Shown: positions 40,511-50,294 of the stretch, piece after piece
How positions within the stretch are numbered: the stretch's first letter is position 1
Layout: the number at the start of each line of letters is the position of its first letter
Sequence record: NC_054932.1
DNA length: 64,000 nt
From: Escherichia phage teqdroes
Strand: one strand, 5' to 3'
Notes under the pieces: model-generated
What the model was told of the DNA's origin: nothing
Seen by the model: only the letters and a program-made list of their open reading frames with translations
The model's database searches: none
Translations under genes and position numbers: made by a program

Positions 40511-42209
40511 TTGTGTATTGACCAGATGAAATAGAACTCATAGATGCCATTTTTTCTGTCCAATCACCGCCAACGTCCCAATCAACTGTCCCAGCAACTT
40601 TCCAAGAAAGATTTCCATTTACTGTATTAGTTTGATTACCTTCAACTAAAGTGGTAGCATCTCCTTTAACTGTAATGTCAGCATTGCCTTCAACTACAAT
40701 AGTAACATTACCTTTGACTAGGATAGTTCCATTACCTTCAACCGTCTTAGTTTCATCGCCACGTACAAATATTGTATTGCTTCCATCTATTTGGTGAAGA
40801 CGATTATCCATGTTATAATAAATTTCTGAACCACCGACGTTAGTCTTTTTATCACCGGCTACCAAAAAATTACCATCAGCGTTGGTTATATCATACAAAT
40901 TATCAACAGTTTTTCTTGTTCTTCTTCCTGACGGTGATACTTCTTCATAAGTTCCAGTTGGATGAACTAATCTGTATCGTTCTTGCCCAGGGGTATCATC
41001 AAATTCTTGGATATGTCCACTTTCAGTTTCCATTGTATGCACATAAGGATATTCACCTTTATATGAAGAAACTGGTTCTTTGAATAAAATTCTCGAGTCA
41101 TTTGGAATAGGAGGATCAGCAGGGTCAGAAGATTTAGCTACAGTAGCAGCCATTGCTGATAGAGACCTAGCTGGGGTTTTCACTTCAACACCATATGATT
41201 CCAAATTTCCCGTAAGAATAATCATGGTAACACGGGATGCACGGCCTTTTGTTTGTTGATACCACAATGAATCACGACCAGCTTTATATGCTTTTTCCCA
41301 ATCTCCGGCTAACATAGCAGTTAACATTGTGTTAAATTTAGCTACACCGCCAACACCCATCTGAAATGCCATATTTTCTAACGCCATTTGACGAGAACGA
41401 TTAACTGCCTGCCAAACTGGGCCAACTTTAGAATGTGATTTAATGTCCCGTTGCATATCAGCCAAATCACGCTCAAATAAAGCTGTCGCCTCTTCCATTG
41501 TAATAGAACCTGGGTTTCCAGTAATTTCACGACCAACTTGTTTTGATAAAACTTTATTAATTTGAGCCATATCACGAACTGGCTGCTTCATGATAAGATG
41601 ACCAATACCAATTGTCGGATATCCTTCGGTATCCCAATAAACTTTTAATCTTAATCCTTCATCACGGCGAAGCATTTCAGCCATTGACATATTTGGATTA
41701 TCATCGGTTGGAATCTCTGATAGTGGTCTATCATCGGGATTTATTGCGGTGTCTAAGTTACTATCTTGGATAATGTTAGAAGACGAATCATATCCTACTT
41801 CTCCGCCTTGGTTTAATACGTTCGTATCATTTCCTAAACGTCTAGGATACTGCCCAGTTGGGTCAGAAAATCCTTCAAGTCTATTCGGTTTTTCGCGAAC
41901 TATTCCACCATATGTGCCAAGGACAATTCCGTTAGTTTTCCATTTGTCTAAAAAATGACCATAAACTCTAGTTCCTTCTACTGGCCCTGTAACAGAACCT
42001 CCAATTCCTGACATCGCTGCAGAAGTTATAGGTTGAATAACTGACATCCATGGTAATTTTTCAGTTGGAATACCCATTACATCACCTTGTGCTCTTTGGG
42101 GTGGATGCAAACCAACCACACGAACACGAACACGACCTAATTTTAATGGGTCCATTCTATCTTCAACAACACCAACAAACCAATTAAGGTTATTACTTAT
42201 CATTTCCAT
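40482..42209 (-). CDS. 5: baseplate hub / tail lysozyme and cell-puncturing device gp5
   Basis: 575-aa ORF with an internal T4-lysozyme-like segment (GYPTIGIGHL...) and C-terminal VxGxxxxxV beta-helix repeats. Confidence 0.95.
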   Translation of the reverse strand: MEMISNNLNWFVGVVEDRMDPLKLGRVRVRVVGLHPPQRAQGDVMGIPTEKLPWMSVIQPITSAAMSGIGGSVTGPVEGTRVYGHFLDKWKTNGIVLGTYGGIVREKPNRLEGFSDPTGQYPRRLGNDTNVLNQGGEVGYDSSSNIIQDSNLDTAINPDDRPLSEIPTDDNPNMSMAEMLRRDEGLRLKVYWDTEGYPTIGIGHLIMKQPVRDMAQINKVLSKQVGREITGNPGSITMEEATALFERDLADMQRDIKSHSKVGPVWQAVNRSRQMALENMAFQMGVGGVAKFNTMLTAMLAGDWEKAYKAGRDSLWYQQTKGRASRVTMIILTGNLESYGVEVKTPARSLSAMAATVAKSSDPADPPIPNDSRILFKEPVSSYKGEYPYVHTMETESGHIQEFDDTPGQERYRLVHPTGTYEEVSPSGRRTRKTVDNLYDITNADGNFLVAGDKKTNVGGSEIYYNMDNRLHQIDGSNTIFVRGDETKTVEGNGTILVKGNVTIVVEGNADITVKGDATTLVEGNQTNTVNGNLSWKVAGTVDWDVGGDWTEKMASMSSISSGQYTIDGSRIDIG

Positions 42210-42783
42210 AAGATTTCTCCATTATACGTATAAGGTCGTTCATAAATGAATTGATGTCTGATTTTGCTATTATTTTTATTTGACGAAGTTTTTCATTTTC
42301 AAGAACAGCCGCTTCATACGTATCGACCGCAGCAAGTGCTCCTTCATATTGAGGATATTTTCTAGCTTTATCGCCTTTGTCATACCAAACATATGGATTA
42401 TCATCGTATGATATTAAATTATAAAATTTTTCACCGTTCTCATTCACATGATATACTATTTGGTCTCCACCCACATTTTTGTATTTTTGTATAGATGCTT
42501 GATAAGCTGCTTCTTGTGAAGTAATCCATCCATAATACGGATCATAATTATCATTACACATCAATAAAACCCAATACAGCTGTGGATTTCCATATATAGT
42601 ATTTGCTAATTCTTCCGGGCGTGGTGAACCTTTAATATAATAAGTACGTAAGCGGTATCCCGCAAGAGCGCGTTTAAAATAGTCTTTATAGTTTCTAAAA
42701 ATATCTGTCATAGGAATAGTCGGCGCGTTTTTATTCACCGTTTTGGCCGCATATTCAATCGGATCAAAAAATGTAAAGAGCAT
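42193..42783 (-). CDS. 53: baseplate wedge protein gp53
   Basis: 196-aa ORF, synteny. Confidence 0.85.
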   Translation of the reverse strand: MLFTFFDPIEYAAKTVNKNAPTIPMTDIFRNYKDYFKRALAGYRLRTYYIKGSPRPEELANTIYGNPQLYWVLLMCNDNYDPYYGWITSQEAAYQASIQKYKNVGGDQIVYHVNENGEKFYNLISYDDNPYVWYDKGDKARKYPQYEGALAAVDTYEAAVLENEKLRQIKIIAKSDINSFMNDLIRIMEKSYGNDK

Positions 42784-42796
42784 GGGCCCTCCTGTT

Positions 42797-42804
42797 TATA
42801 AATA
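42797..42804 (+). promoter_or_regulatory. late promoter core TATAAATA for gene 4
   Basis: Exact motif about 27 nt upstream of the gene 4 ATG. Confidence 0.5.
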
Positions 42805-42811
42805 TATTATC

Positions 42812-42819
42812 TATTTATA
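42812..42819 (-). promoter_or_regulatory. late promoter core TATAAATA for gene 53 (divergent from the gene 4 promoter)
   Basis: Reverse complement of tatttata. Confidence 0.5.
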
Positions 42820-42830
42820 AGGAGAATCCA

Positions 42831-43283
42831 ATGGCATATTCTGGAAAATGGGTTCCTAAAAATATATCAAAGTATAGAGGTGACCCTAAAAAAATTACGT
42901 ATAGATCAAATTGGGAAAAATTCTTTTTTGAATGGTTAGATAAAAATCCAGAAATTATTGCATGGGGTAGTGAAACAGCAGTAATTCCTTATTTTTGTAA
43001 TGCAGAAGGGAAAAAACGTAGATACTTCATGGATATTTGGATGAAAGATTCTTCTGGGCAAGAATTTTTTATTGAAATAAAACCTAAAAAAGAAACACAA
43101 CCACCGGTTAAACCAGCACATCTAACAACCGCAGCGAAGAAAAGATTTATGAATGAAATTTATACATATTCTGTTAATACCGACAAATGGAAAGCAGCGC
43201 AAGCTTTAGCTGAAAAGCGTGGAATAAAATTTAGAATTCTAACAGAAGATGGATTACGAGCTCTTGGCTTTAAGGGGGCATAA
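42831..43283 (+). CDS. 4: head completion protein gp4
   Basis: 150-aa ORF, synteny. Confidence 0.85.
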   Translation: MAYSGKWVPKNISKYRGDPKKITYRSNWEKFFFEWLDKNPEIIAWGSETAVIPYFCNAEGKKRRYFMDIWMKDSSGQEFFIEIKPKKETQPPVKPAHLTTAAKKRFMNEIYTYSVNTDKWKAAQALAEKRGIKFRILTEDGLRALGFKGA

Positions 43284-44107
43284 TGGCTATTTTTCAAATA
43301 ATTAATGAAAGCACTCCCCAAGTTCCAAAGGTTAAGCAATCATTAAACGAAAAGAAATGGATTCAAATAGGTCTTGAATACAAAAAGGCCAAAGCAAAAG
43401 GAATGACAGGAAAGCAATTTGCTGAAGAAAGAGGAATCAAATACTCTACGTTTACTTCGGCAATGTCAAAATATGCTTCAGGAATTAAAACAGCTGAAAA
43501 GATTCAAAAGCTTGAATCAAAACCAATGAATAAGCTCAATAAGCAAGAAAGACAACTGCTTATGATAAATTCATTCAGACAAACATTGCGCGATAAAATT
43601 CGTAATGAAGGTGCAGCAATTAATAATAAAACCAGAAAGTGGTTTGCTGAAACTATTAAGCAAGTAAAAGGACATAAAGTTGTTCGCCCGCAGCCGGGAC
43701 GAATATATGCTTTTGCTTATGATGCTAAACACAAGGAAACTCTTCCTTACTGGGATAAATTTCCTTTGATAATTTACCTTGGTTTAGGTAAGCATAATTT
43801 AATGTACGGATTGAACTTGCACTATATTCCACCTAAAGCTCGTCAGCAATTTCTAGAAGAGCTTTTAAAGCAATATTCAAATACACCTACTATTACTAAT
43901 AAAACGAAATTAAAAATTGATTGGAGTCAAGTGAAAGGATTTAGGGGTGCAGACCAAATGATTAAGGCATATATACCCGGTAATATTATGGGTAGCCTTG
44001 TTGAAATCGCCCCGAAAGACTGGGCGAACGTTGTGTTGATGCCACTTCAGCAGTTCGTTTCAAAAGGAAAACGTTTCTCTGCAAACAAAGTCTGGTCAAA
44101 TATCTAA
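43283..44107 (+). CDS. 2: DNA end protector protein gp2
   Basis: 274-aa ORF, synteny. Confidence 0.85.
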   Translation: MAIFQIINESTPQVPKVKQSLNEKKWIQIGLEYKKAKAKGMTGKQFAEERGIKYSTFTSAMSKYASGIKTAEKIQKLESKPMNKLNKQERQLLMINSFRQTLRDKIRNEGAAINNKTRKWFAETIKQVKGHKVVRPQPGRIYAFAYDAKHKETLPYWDKFPLIIYLGLGKHNLMYGLNLHYIPPKARQQFLEELLKQYSNTPTITNKTKLKIDWSQVKGFRGADQMIKAYIPGNIMGSLVEIAPKDWANVVLMPLQQFVSKGKRFSANKVWSNI

Positions 44108-44213
44108 TTCTATTATCTTCCATTCTTTTCTGTTGTTTGTTCTAAATGGAATTGAATGGAAGGGACTTAGACCCATTATACCACCAACAGTTATAAAGCA
44201 TTATGAGGAATAT

Positions 44214-44744
44214 ATGTCGCAAGCTCTGCAACAAATTTTTAACCAAGCAAATACAACTAACTTTGTAGTATCAATACCACATAGTAATACTACATCTGCT
44301 TTTACTTTAAATGCTCAGTCAGTTCCTATTCCAGGAATTAGAATACCTGTTACTGATACCGTGACTGGGCCGTTTGGACTTGGCCGAGCACAACGACCAG
44401 GTGTTACATTTGAATACGATCCACTCATTGTGAGATTTATAGTTGATGAAGAACTTAAGTCGTGGATAGGAATGTATGAATGGATGCTAGGAACTAGTAA
44501 CTATCTTACAGGTGAAAATACTGCCCAAAAAACAGGTCCTGAGTACATTACGCTTTACATCTTAGATAATAGCAAAACTGAAATCGTGATGTCAATAAAT
44601 TTTTATAAGCCTTGGGTTTCTGACCTATCTGAAGTAGAATTTAGCTACACAGAAGATTCAGACCCGGCTTTAGTATGTACAGCTACGATTCCTTACACCT
44701 ATTTTCAAGTAGAAAAAGATGGTAAAATTATAGCAGAAGTTTAA
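44214..44744 (+). CDS. 3: tail tube terminator / tail completion protein gp3
   Basis: Track ORF opens at 44133; ATG 44214 with GAGGAA ribosome-binding site gives the 176 aa I recall for T4 gp3. Confidence 0.8.
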   Translation: MSQALQQIFNQANTTNFVVSIPHSNTTSAFTLNAQSVPIPGIRIPVTDTVTGPFGLGRAQRPGVTFEYDPLIVRFIVDEELKSWIGMYEWMLGTSNYLTGENTAQKTGPEYITLYILDNSKTEIVMSINFYKPWVSDLSEVEFSYTEDSDPALVCTATIPYTYFQVEKDGKIIAEV

Positions 44745-44793
44745 TGCTTCAGTTTTGTGTGTTATAATCTTAATTAAATTTGAGGAGAAACAC

Positions 44794-45518
44794 ATGAAAC
44801 TAATCTTTTTAAGCGGTGTAAAGCGTAGTGGAAAAGATACTACTGCTGATTTTATCATGAGCAATTATTCTGCAGTTAAATACCAACTTGCTGGTCCTAT
44901 TAAGGATGCATTGGCTTATGCATGGGGAGTATTTGCAGCAAACACTGACTATCCTTGCTTAACTCGTAAAGAGTTTGAAGGAATTGACTATGATCGTGAG
45001 ACTAATTTAAATCTGACTAAATTAGAAGTAATCACGATTATGGAACAAGCATTTTGCTATCTTAATGGTAAAAGCCCAATTAAAGGTGTGTTTGTTTTTG
45101 ATGACGAAGGAAAAGAATCAGTTAATTTCGTAGCATTTAACAAAATTACTGACGTTATAAATAATATTGAAGATCAATGGTCAGTCCGTCGTCTGATGCA
45201 AGCCCTAGGTACGGATTTGATTGTTAATAACTTCGACCGCATGTACTGGGTAAAATTATTTGCTTTAGATTATCTTGATAAATTTAACTCAGGTTATGAT
45301 TATTATATCGTTCCTGATACCCGTCAAGATCATGAAATGGATGCGGCTAGGGCGATGGGTGCTACAGTAATTCATGTAGTTCGTCCTGGTCAAAAATCCA
45401 ATGATACACATATTACAGAAGCTGGATTGCCAATTCGTGATGGCGATTTAGTAATTACAAACGATGGTTCTCTTGAAGAACTTTTTTCTAAAATTAAAAA
45501 TACACTAAAGGTACTATA

Positions 45519-45519
<1 letters not shown>
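44794..45519 (+). CDS. 1: deoxynucleoside monophosphate kinase gp1
   Basis: Start MKLIFLSGVKRSGKDT (P-loop) with GAGGAG ribosome-binding site; 241 aa from this start. Confidence 0.9.
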
Positions 45520-46216
<697 letters not shown>

Positions 46217-46228
46217 TTTCACAAAGTT

Positions 46229-46260
46229 GTTTACATACTGATGAGGTAGTGATACTATTA
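46229..46260 (+). promoter_or_regulatory. early promoter (GTTTAC -35, extended -10) with the -10 inside a GATGAG/CTCATC stem-loop
   Basis: Read from sequence upstream of ipI. Confidence 0.55.
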
Positions 46261-46288
46261 TCTCATCAAAATTAATTAGGAAAATAAA

Positions 46289-46576
46289 ATGAAAACATTT
46301 AAAGAATTTACTTCTACAACTACCCCGGTTTCTACCATTACCGAAGCTACTCTTACTTCTGAAGTTATTAAAGCAAATAAAGGACGAGAAGGTAAACCAA
46401 TGATTAGTCTGGTTGATGGCGAAGAAATCAAAGGTACTGTTTACCTAGGTGATGGGTGGTCTGCTAAAAAGGATGGTGCTACAATCGTTATCTCTCCTGC
46501 CGAAGAAACTGCGTTGTTTAAAGCTAAACACATTTCTGCAGCACATCTCAAGATTATTGCTAAAAATCTTTTGTAA
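46289..46576 (+). CDS. ipI: internal protein I (IPI), capsid-packaged anti-restriction protein
   Basis: 95-aa ORF; mature part ATLTSEVIKANKGREGKPMISLVDGEEIKG... recognised as T4 IPI*; N-terminal propeptide ends in an I-x-E gp21-type site. Confidence 0.85.
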   Translation: MKTFKEFTSTTTPVSTITEATLTSEVIKANKGREGKPMISLVDGEEIKGTVYLGDGWSAKKDGATIVISPAEETALFKAKHISAAHLKIIAKNLL

Positions 46577-46595
46577 TAAACAATTTCACAAAGTT

Positions 46596-46627
46596 GTTTA
46601 CACGGGGTTTTAGTAGTGATACTATTA
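46596..46627 (+). promoter_or_regulatory. early promoter, part of the repeated promoter/RBS cassette
   Basis: GTTTAC then GTGATACTAT; identical downstream 55 bp repeated at 46913. Confidence 0.55.
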
Positions 46628-46661
46628 CCCTATCAAAACAAATGTGAAATTGGAGAATAAA

Positions 46662-46895
46662 ATGAAAACGTATCAAGAATTTATTGCTGAAGCTGCTGAT
46701 GTAAAAGTTGAGTTTATTTACATTGGTAAGAAAGATAAAATGGGCGAAATGCCTCATGGAGTTCTTCGTGATGCATTAGATAATTTCGGTCAACTCGGTG
46801 GTGAAGAGTTTGGTGATTATTTTGTTATCTATGGACCAGAAAAAGTCATCGAGAAATGGGCTGATAAATATAAATCAATTTTTCGTAAAAAATAA
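46662..46895 (+). CDS. internal-protein-like small protein with capsid-targeting-type N-terminus (MKTYQEFIAEA)
   Basis: ATG 46662 after GGAG; 77 aa; the track ORF begins upstream at a GTG. Confidence 0.6.
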   Translation: MKTYQEFIAEAADVKVEFIYIGKKDKMGEMPHGVLRDALDNFGQLGGEEFGDYFVIYGPEKVIEKWADKYKSIFRKK

Positions 46896-46934
46896 GTTTA
46901 CTTTTAGATAGGGTAGTGATACTATTACCCTATC
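46896..46934 (+). promoter_or_regulatory. early promoter with the -10 in the loop of a perfect 9-bp hairpin (GATAGGGTA...TACCCTATC)
   Basis: Read from sequence. Confidence 0.55.
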
Positions 46935-46961
46935 AAAACAAATGTGAAATTGGAGAATAAA

Positions 46962-47147
46962 ATGAAACGTTGTGAATTAATTCGAAATGTTGCTATTGCA
47001 ATTTCTGCTTCCGCTTTTAGTTTTTCAATGTTTGTTGGATTTATATGTGGATTATTGACTACAGCAGAAAATGTGTTTTCACTTGTAGTAGCATTTTTAA
47101 TTGGTTTAATTGCTATTGTTATGGATAAAATTTCTAAAGGTGAATAA
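46962..47147 (+). CDS. small hydrophobic (membrane) protein, 61 aa
   Basis: ATG 46962 behind the same RBS cassette; two hydrophobic stretches. Confidence 0.5.
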   Translation: MKRCELIRNVAIAISASAFSFSMFVGFICGLLTTAENVFSLVVAFLIGLIAIVMDKISKGE

Positions 47148-47558
47148 ATGAGTATTAACGAATATTATGTTTATGCCGGGGATTATGCAAATCCTTCTCA
47201 TTTTGAAGGTAATTTAATACCTGATAAAGTTTTTAATACTCCTTTTGAAGCGTGGAGTTGGATTGAAAGTAAAAATGGATTTTCTTACCGTTATGTTGAA
47301 GTAACTGATTGGAGAGGAACTAAATATCCTAAAGACCATTATTACGTAAATCCATCTAAGGTAAATTTTCTTTTATTCGCAGGTGATAATTATTATCCTT
47401 GTGGCGGATATGATGATTTAATTGCGTATGCTGAAACAGAAGATAAACTGCGTGATATCATTAAAGAAAATGAAAATAAACCAGATTATGGTTCCAATCG
47501 TTTCGACTGGTGGCAAATCGTAAATGCCCATACTCATGCTATCGTTGATAGAGGCTGA
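47148..47558 (+). CDS. hypothetical protein
   Basis: 136-aa ORF directly abutting the previous stop. Confidence 0.5.
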   Translation: MSINEYYVYAGDYANPSHFEGNLIPDKVFNTPFEAWSWIESKNGFSYRYVEVTDWRGTKYPKDHYYVNPSKVNFLLFAGDNYYPCGGYDDLIAYAETEDKLRDIIKENENKPDYGSNRFDWWQIVNAHTHAIVDRG

Positions 47559-47560
47559 TA

Positions 47561-47848
47561 ATGATTCTTTATGCTAAAGTATCATCCATTGAAAATGGAT
47601 ATAAATATGATCAAGAAGCAGCTAAAGCCTTGATTGATGATTATGGCATTTTAACATGTTTTGAAGTTGAAAAGGTTTACATTGACCGTTCATCTTCTCA
47701 GGTTAAATTAGTGAAGGAAGACCGTAAATTTAATACAGTAAATTTTGATTTCTTTATTGAAACAGAAAAAGGTCCTCTTGAATATGATATTTTCAAGAAT
47801 CCTTTGGGTCTTGAATGCATCGTAAATATGTATTATCATAAATGGTAA
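47561..47848 (+). CDS. hypothetical protein
   Basis: 95-aa ORF. Confidence 0.5.
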   Translation: MILYAKVSSIENGYKYDQEAAKALIDDYGILTCFEVEKVYIDRSSSQVKLVKEDRKFNTVNFDFFIETEKGPLEYDIFKNPLGLECIVNMYYHKW

Positions 47849-47945
47849 ATATGCTTTAAGAATTATTTGTTATTATTAACTCATACCGCACTGATTAATA
47901 CCCTCTATCATCAAGGGTTCTTGCTAAAGAGCCTTTGTTAATAAT

Positions 47946-48018
47946 TGGGAATTAGCCAAGTTGGTAAGGCACTGGATTTTGATTCCAGGATGCAAAGGTT
48001 CGAGTCCTTTATTCCCAG
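47946..48018 (+). tRNA. tRNA-Gln: tRNA-Gln (anticodon UUG)
   Basis: Cloverleaf folded by hand; acceptor TGGGAAT/ATTCCCA; CCA not encoded. Confidence 0.75.
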
Positions 48019-48019
48019 C

Positions 48020-48106
48020 GCGAGAATGGTCAAATTGGTAAAGGCACAGCACTTAAAATGCTGCGGAATGATTTCCTTGTGGGTTCGAGTCCCACTTCTC
48101 GCACCA
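48020..48106 (+). tRNA. tRNA-Leu: tRNA-Leu (anticodon UAA), long variable arm, CCA encoded
   Basis: Cloverleaf folded by hand; acceptor GCGAGAA/TTCTCGC. Confidence 0.75.
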
Positions 48107-48111
48107 AATTT

Positions 48112-48185
<74 letters not shown>

Positions 48186-48231
48186 ATTTATGACTCGTCG
48201 TGAGACGCTCAGTTCTTTATTAGGGACTGAT

Positions 48232-48840
48232 ATGCATTTTTATCTTTATAAAATAACAAATAAAATTAATAATAAAATTTATATTGGTGTGCATTCTACC
48301 GAAAATTTAGATGATGGATATATGGGTTCTGGTAAATTATTAAAAAGAGCCCAAGACAAGTATGGTATAGAAAATTTCTCTAAAGAAATATTAGAGTATT
48401 TTGATGATAAAGAATCTATGCTTGAAGCCGAGAAAAATATTGTCACAGAAGAGTTTTTAAATAGACCAGATGTGTATAATTTAAAACTTGGCGGAGAAGG
48501 TGGATGGGACCATATAAATAATTATCCTATGACAGATCAGCAACGCGAATTAATTTCATTGGGTGTTAAAAAGGCACATTCTAACGGAAAATTAAAAGGA
48601 TGGTCTTCAAATGGATTAATGAAGAATGGCTTTGCTGGTAAAAATCATTCTCAAGAAGCTAAACGTAAAATAGCAAAAGCAAACGAAGCAAAAGTTTCTG
48701 CGGATGAAAGAAAAAGAAGAATAGAAATTTCTAAATTATATGATTTTTCTAAGCGTGGTGAATTATCTAAATATGCTAAGCATATTGGCGTAAGTCATAC
48801 TCAAGCAAAAAGAATTCTAAATCAAATTAACAATATATAA
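48232..48840 (+). mobile_element. segB: GIY-YIG homing endonuclease (SegB-like) inside the tRNA cluster
   Basis: FYLYKITNKINNKIYIGVH...YMGSG GIY-YIG motif; track ORF opens at 48190 but ATG 48232 has an AGGGA ribosome-binding site. Confidence 0.75.
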
Positions 48841-48846
48841 ATATTT

Positions 48847-48936
48847 GGAGGCGTGGCAGAGTGGTTTAATGCACCGGTCTTGAAAACCGGCAGTCGCTCC
48901 GGCGACTCATAGGTTCAAATCCTATCGCCTCCGCCA
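48847..48936 (+). tRNA. tRNA-Ser: tRNA-Ser (anticodon UGA), long variable arm, CCA encoded
   Basis: Cloverleaf folded by hand. Confidence 0.75.
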
Positions 48937-48942
48937 GTTTTT

Positions 48943-49018
48943 GCTGATTTAGCTCAGTAGGTAGAGCACCTCACTTGTAATGAGGACGTCGGCGGTTCGA
49001 TTCCGTCAATCAGCACCA
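48943..49018 (+). tRNA. tRNA-Thr: tRNA-Thr (anticodon UGU), CCA encoded
   Basis: Cloverleaf folded by hand. Confidence 0.75.
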
Positions 49019-49019
49019 A

Positions 49020-49094
49020 GGCCCTGTAGCTGGAAGGTTCAAGCAAGCGACTCATAATCGCCAGATGGTGGTTCAATTCCACCCAGGGCCACCA
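49020..49094 (+). tRNA. tRNA with CAU anticodon (Ile2/lysidine-type or Met)
   Basis: Cloverleaf folded by hand; identity between Ile(CAU) and Met cannot be decided from sequence alone. Confidence 0.6.
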
Positions 49095-49106
49095 AATTAT
49101 GAATTA

Positions 49107-49193
49107 GGGGAGTTATCCCGTAGAGGTAGCGGTGTGGACTGTAAATTCATTGTCATTGCGACTCGGGTGGTTCGACTCCACCACTCCCCACCA
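49107..49193 (+). tRNA. tRNA-Tyr: tRNA-Tyr (anticodon GUA), type II long variable arm
   Basis: 87 nt with CCA; anticodon loop CTGTAAA; T-arm GGTGG-TTCGACT-CCACC; acceptor GGGGAGT/ACTCCCC. Confidence 0.55.
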
Positions 49194-49197
49194 ATTT

Positions 49198-49272
49198 GGA
49201 TGTGTAGCTCAATGGTAGAGCGATCGCCTGTTAAGCGATTGGTTATAGGTTCGAATCCTATCACGTCCGCCA
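49198..49272 (+). tRNA. tRNA-Asn: tRNA-Asn (anticodon GUU)
   Basis: Cloverleaf folded by hand; anticodon loop CTGTTAA. Confidence 0.6.
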
Positions 49273-49386
49273 AATTTGTGACAACTGTCACATTAATATC
49301 TACTTGACGCGATTATAGGGGTTGAACTGATCACTCTTCTCTTAATTTCGTGTGAAGACATCTTGATTGTTGGAGTAGGTATTAAT

Positions 49387-49462
49387 GTGGCCGTAGTTCA
49401 GTTGGTAGAACTCGAGATTGTGATTCTCGTAGTCATGGGTTCGACTCCCATCGGTCACCCCA
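49387..49462 (+). tRNA. tRNA-His: tRNA-His (anticodon GUG)
   Basis: Cloverleaf folded by hand; anticodon loop TTGTGAT. Confidence 0.6.
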
Positions 49463-49466
49463 ATTA

Positions 49467-49542
49467 CGGGGCATAGCTCAGAAGGAAGAGCAAGGACCTT
49501 CTAAGTCCTAGGTCGTAGGTTCGATCCCTACTGCCTCGACCA
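49467..49542 (+). tRNA. tRNA-Arg: tRNA-Arg (anticodon UCU)
   Basis: Cloverleaf folded by hand; anticodon loop CTTCTAA. Confidence 0.7.
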
Positions 49543-49560
49543 ATTATAAGTGAGGAAAAT

Positions 49561-49911
49561 ATGAAAGGTAATGTTTATTTAGTAGTTCATGATTTAACAT
49601 TTTACTTCAATGAATATGAAAAACATATCTCATTTCGTGAAATTAATTTACTTTATCAACACGCGGATTATATTTATATTCAAAACGAATTTGGTCATTG
49701 GCAATTTCTCAAAAATCGTTCATTTGGCTTAGATGGTTACGAATACTTTGAACGTAAAGACCTTTTAGATAAAATTCCGTTATCTACGCAATATCAAAAT
49801 CACAAATCTTTATATAAATGCCGTCCAATTCGAAATGTTGAATCCGCGTATGAAGCAATTGATTTATGGCGTGAACGCCGTAAACAGATTGATGCTTTAA
49901 AAGAATATTAA
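49561..49911 (+). CDS. hypothetical protein
   Basis: 116-aa ORF directly downstream of the tRNA cluster. Confidence 0.5.
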   Translation: MKGNVYLVVHDLTFYFNEYEKHISFREINLLYQHADYIYIQNEFGHWQFLKNRSFGLDGYEYFERKDLLDKIPLSTQYQNHKSLYKCRPIRNVESAYEAIDLWRERRKQIDALKEY

Positions 49912-49914
49912 GAA

Positions 49915-50248
49915 ACCGGGTCGCTACCGGTAAGTCGTCGGACTGATGTTCCCTGAGTAAGGAATTGCGTTAATAATCTTTGCGTTTATTGATGCCCTCT
50001 TACATCACAGCAGAAACGGCGCACCGAATTATCGATTCGAGGAAATATCTTTGCCGTAAGCCGAGTAGCGTTTTTGACGGAACGTTCGGATATGGTCGAG
50101 ATATGGCCTTTTAAAAATATTGAGTAGCGTCAACTGCTTAATAACCGGGTTCGAATCCCGGCGTTTCGTACAAACACTTGCCTTAGCAGGTGGAACCCCG
50201 ACAAGGTTGCCGCAAGGCTTAGCCCCGACCGAAAGGTTGGGGCTTTTT
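49915..50248 (+). ncRNA. candidate stable small RNA region (compare T4 species 1/2 RNAs), ending in a rho-independent terminator
   Basis: About 330 bp with no convincing ORF; tRNA T-arm-like CCGGG-TTCGAAT-CCCGG at 50145..50161; hairpin plus T-run at 50221..50248. Confidence 0.35.
50221..50248 (+). terminator. rho-independent terminator AGCCCCGACC-GAAA-GGTTGGGGCT plus T5
   Basis: Read from sequence. Confidence 0.65.
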
Positions 50249-50250
50249 GG

Positions 50251-50258
50251 TATAAATA
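50251..50258 (+). promoter_or_regulatory. late promoter core TATAAATA upstream of the IP-like ORF
   Basis: Exact motif about 37 nt before the ATG at 50295. Confidence 0.5.
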
Positions 50259-50294
50259 AGTATATTAAAACCACGAATTAAAACAGGAAATAAG

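Noticed and set aside
49065-49307. 80-aa and 64-aa ORFs on opposite strands
   Set aside because: They overlap tRNA-Tyr and tRNA-Asn; spurious.
49273-49386. Possible additional or degenerate tRNA (e.g. a Pro remnant) between tRNA-Asn and tRNA-His
   Set aside because: No T-loop (GTTCRANYC) or acceptor-stem pairing could be found; contains only a short TGTGACA/TGTCACA hairpin.
50029-50274. 81-aa minus-strand ORF
   Set aside because: Lies within the putative stable-RNA region and runs antisense into a plus-strand terminator; no ribosome-binding site.
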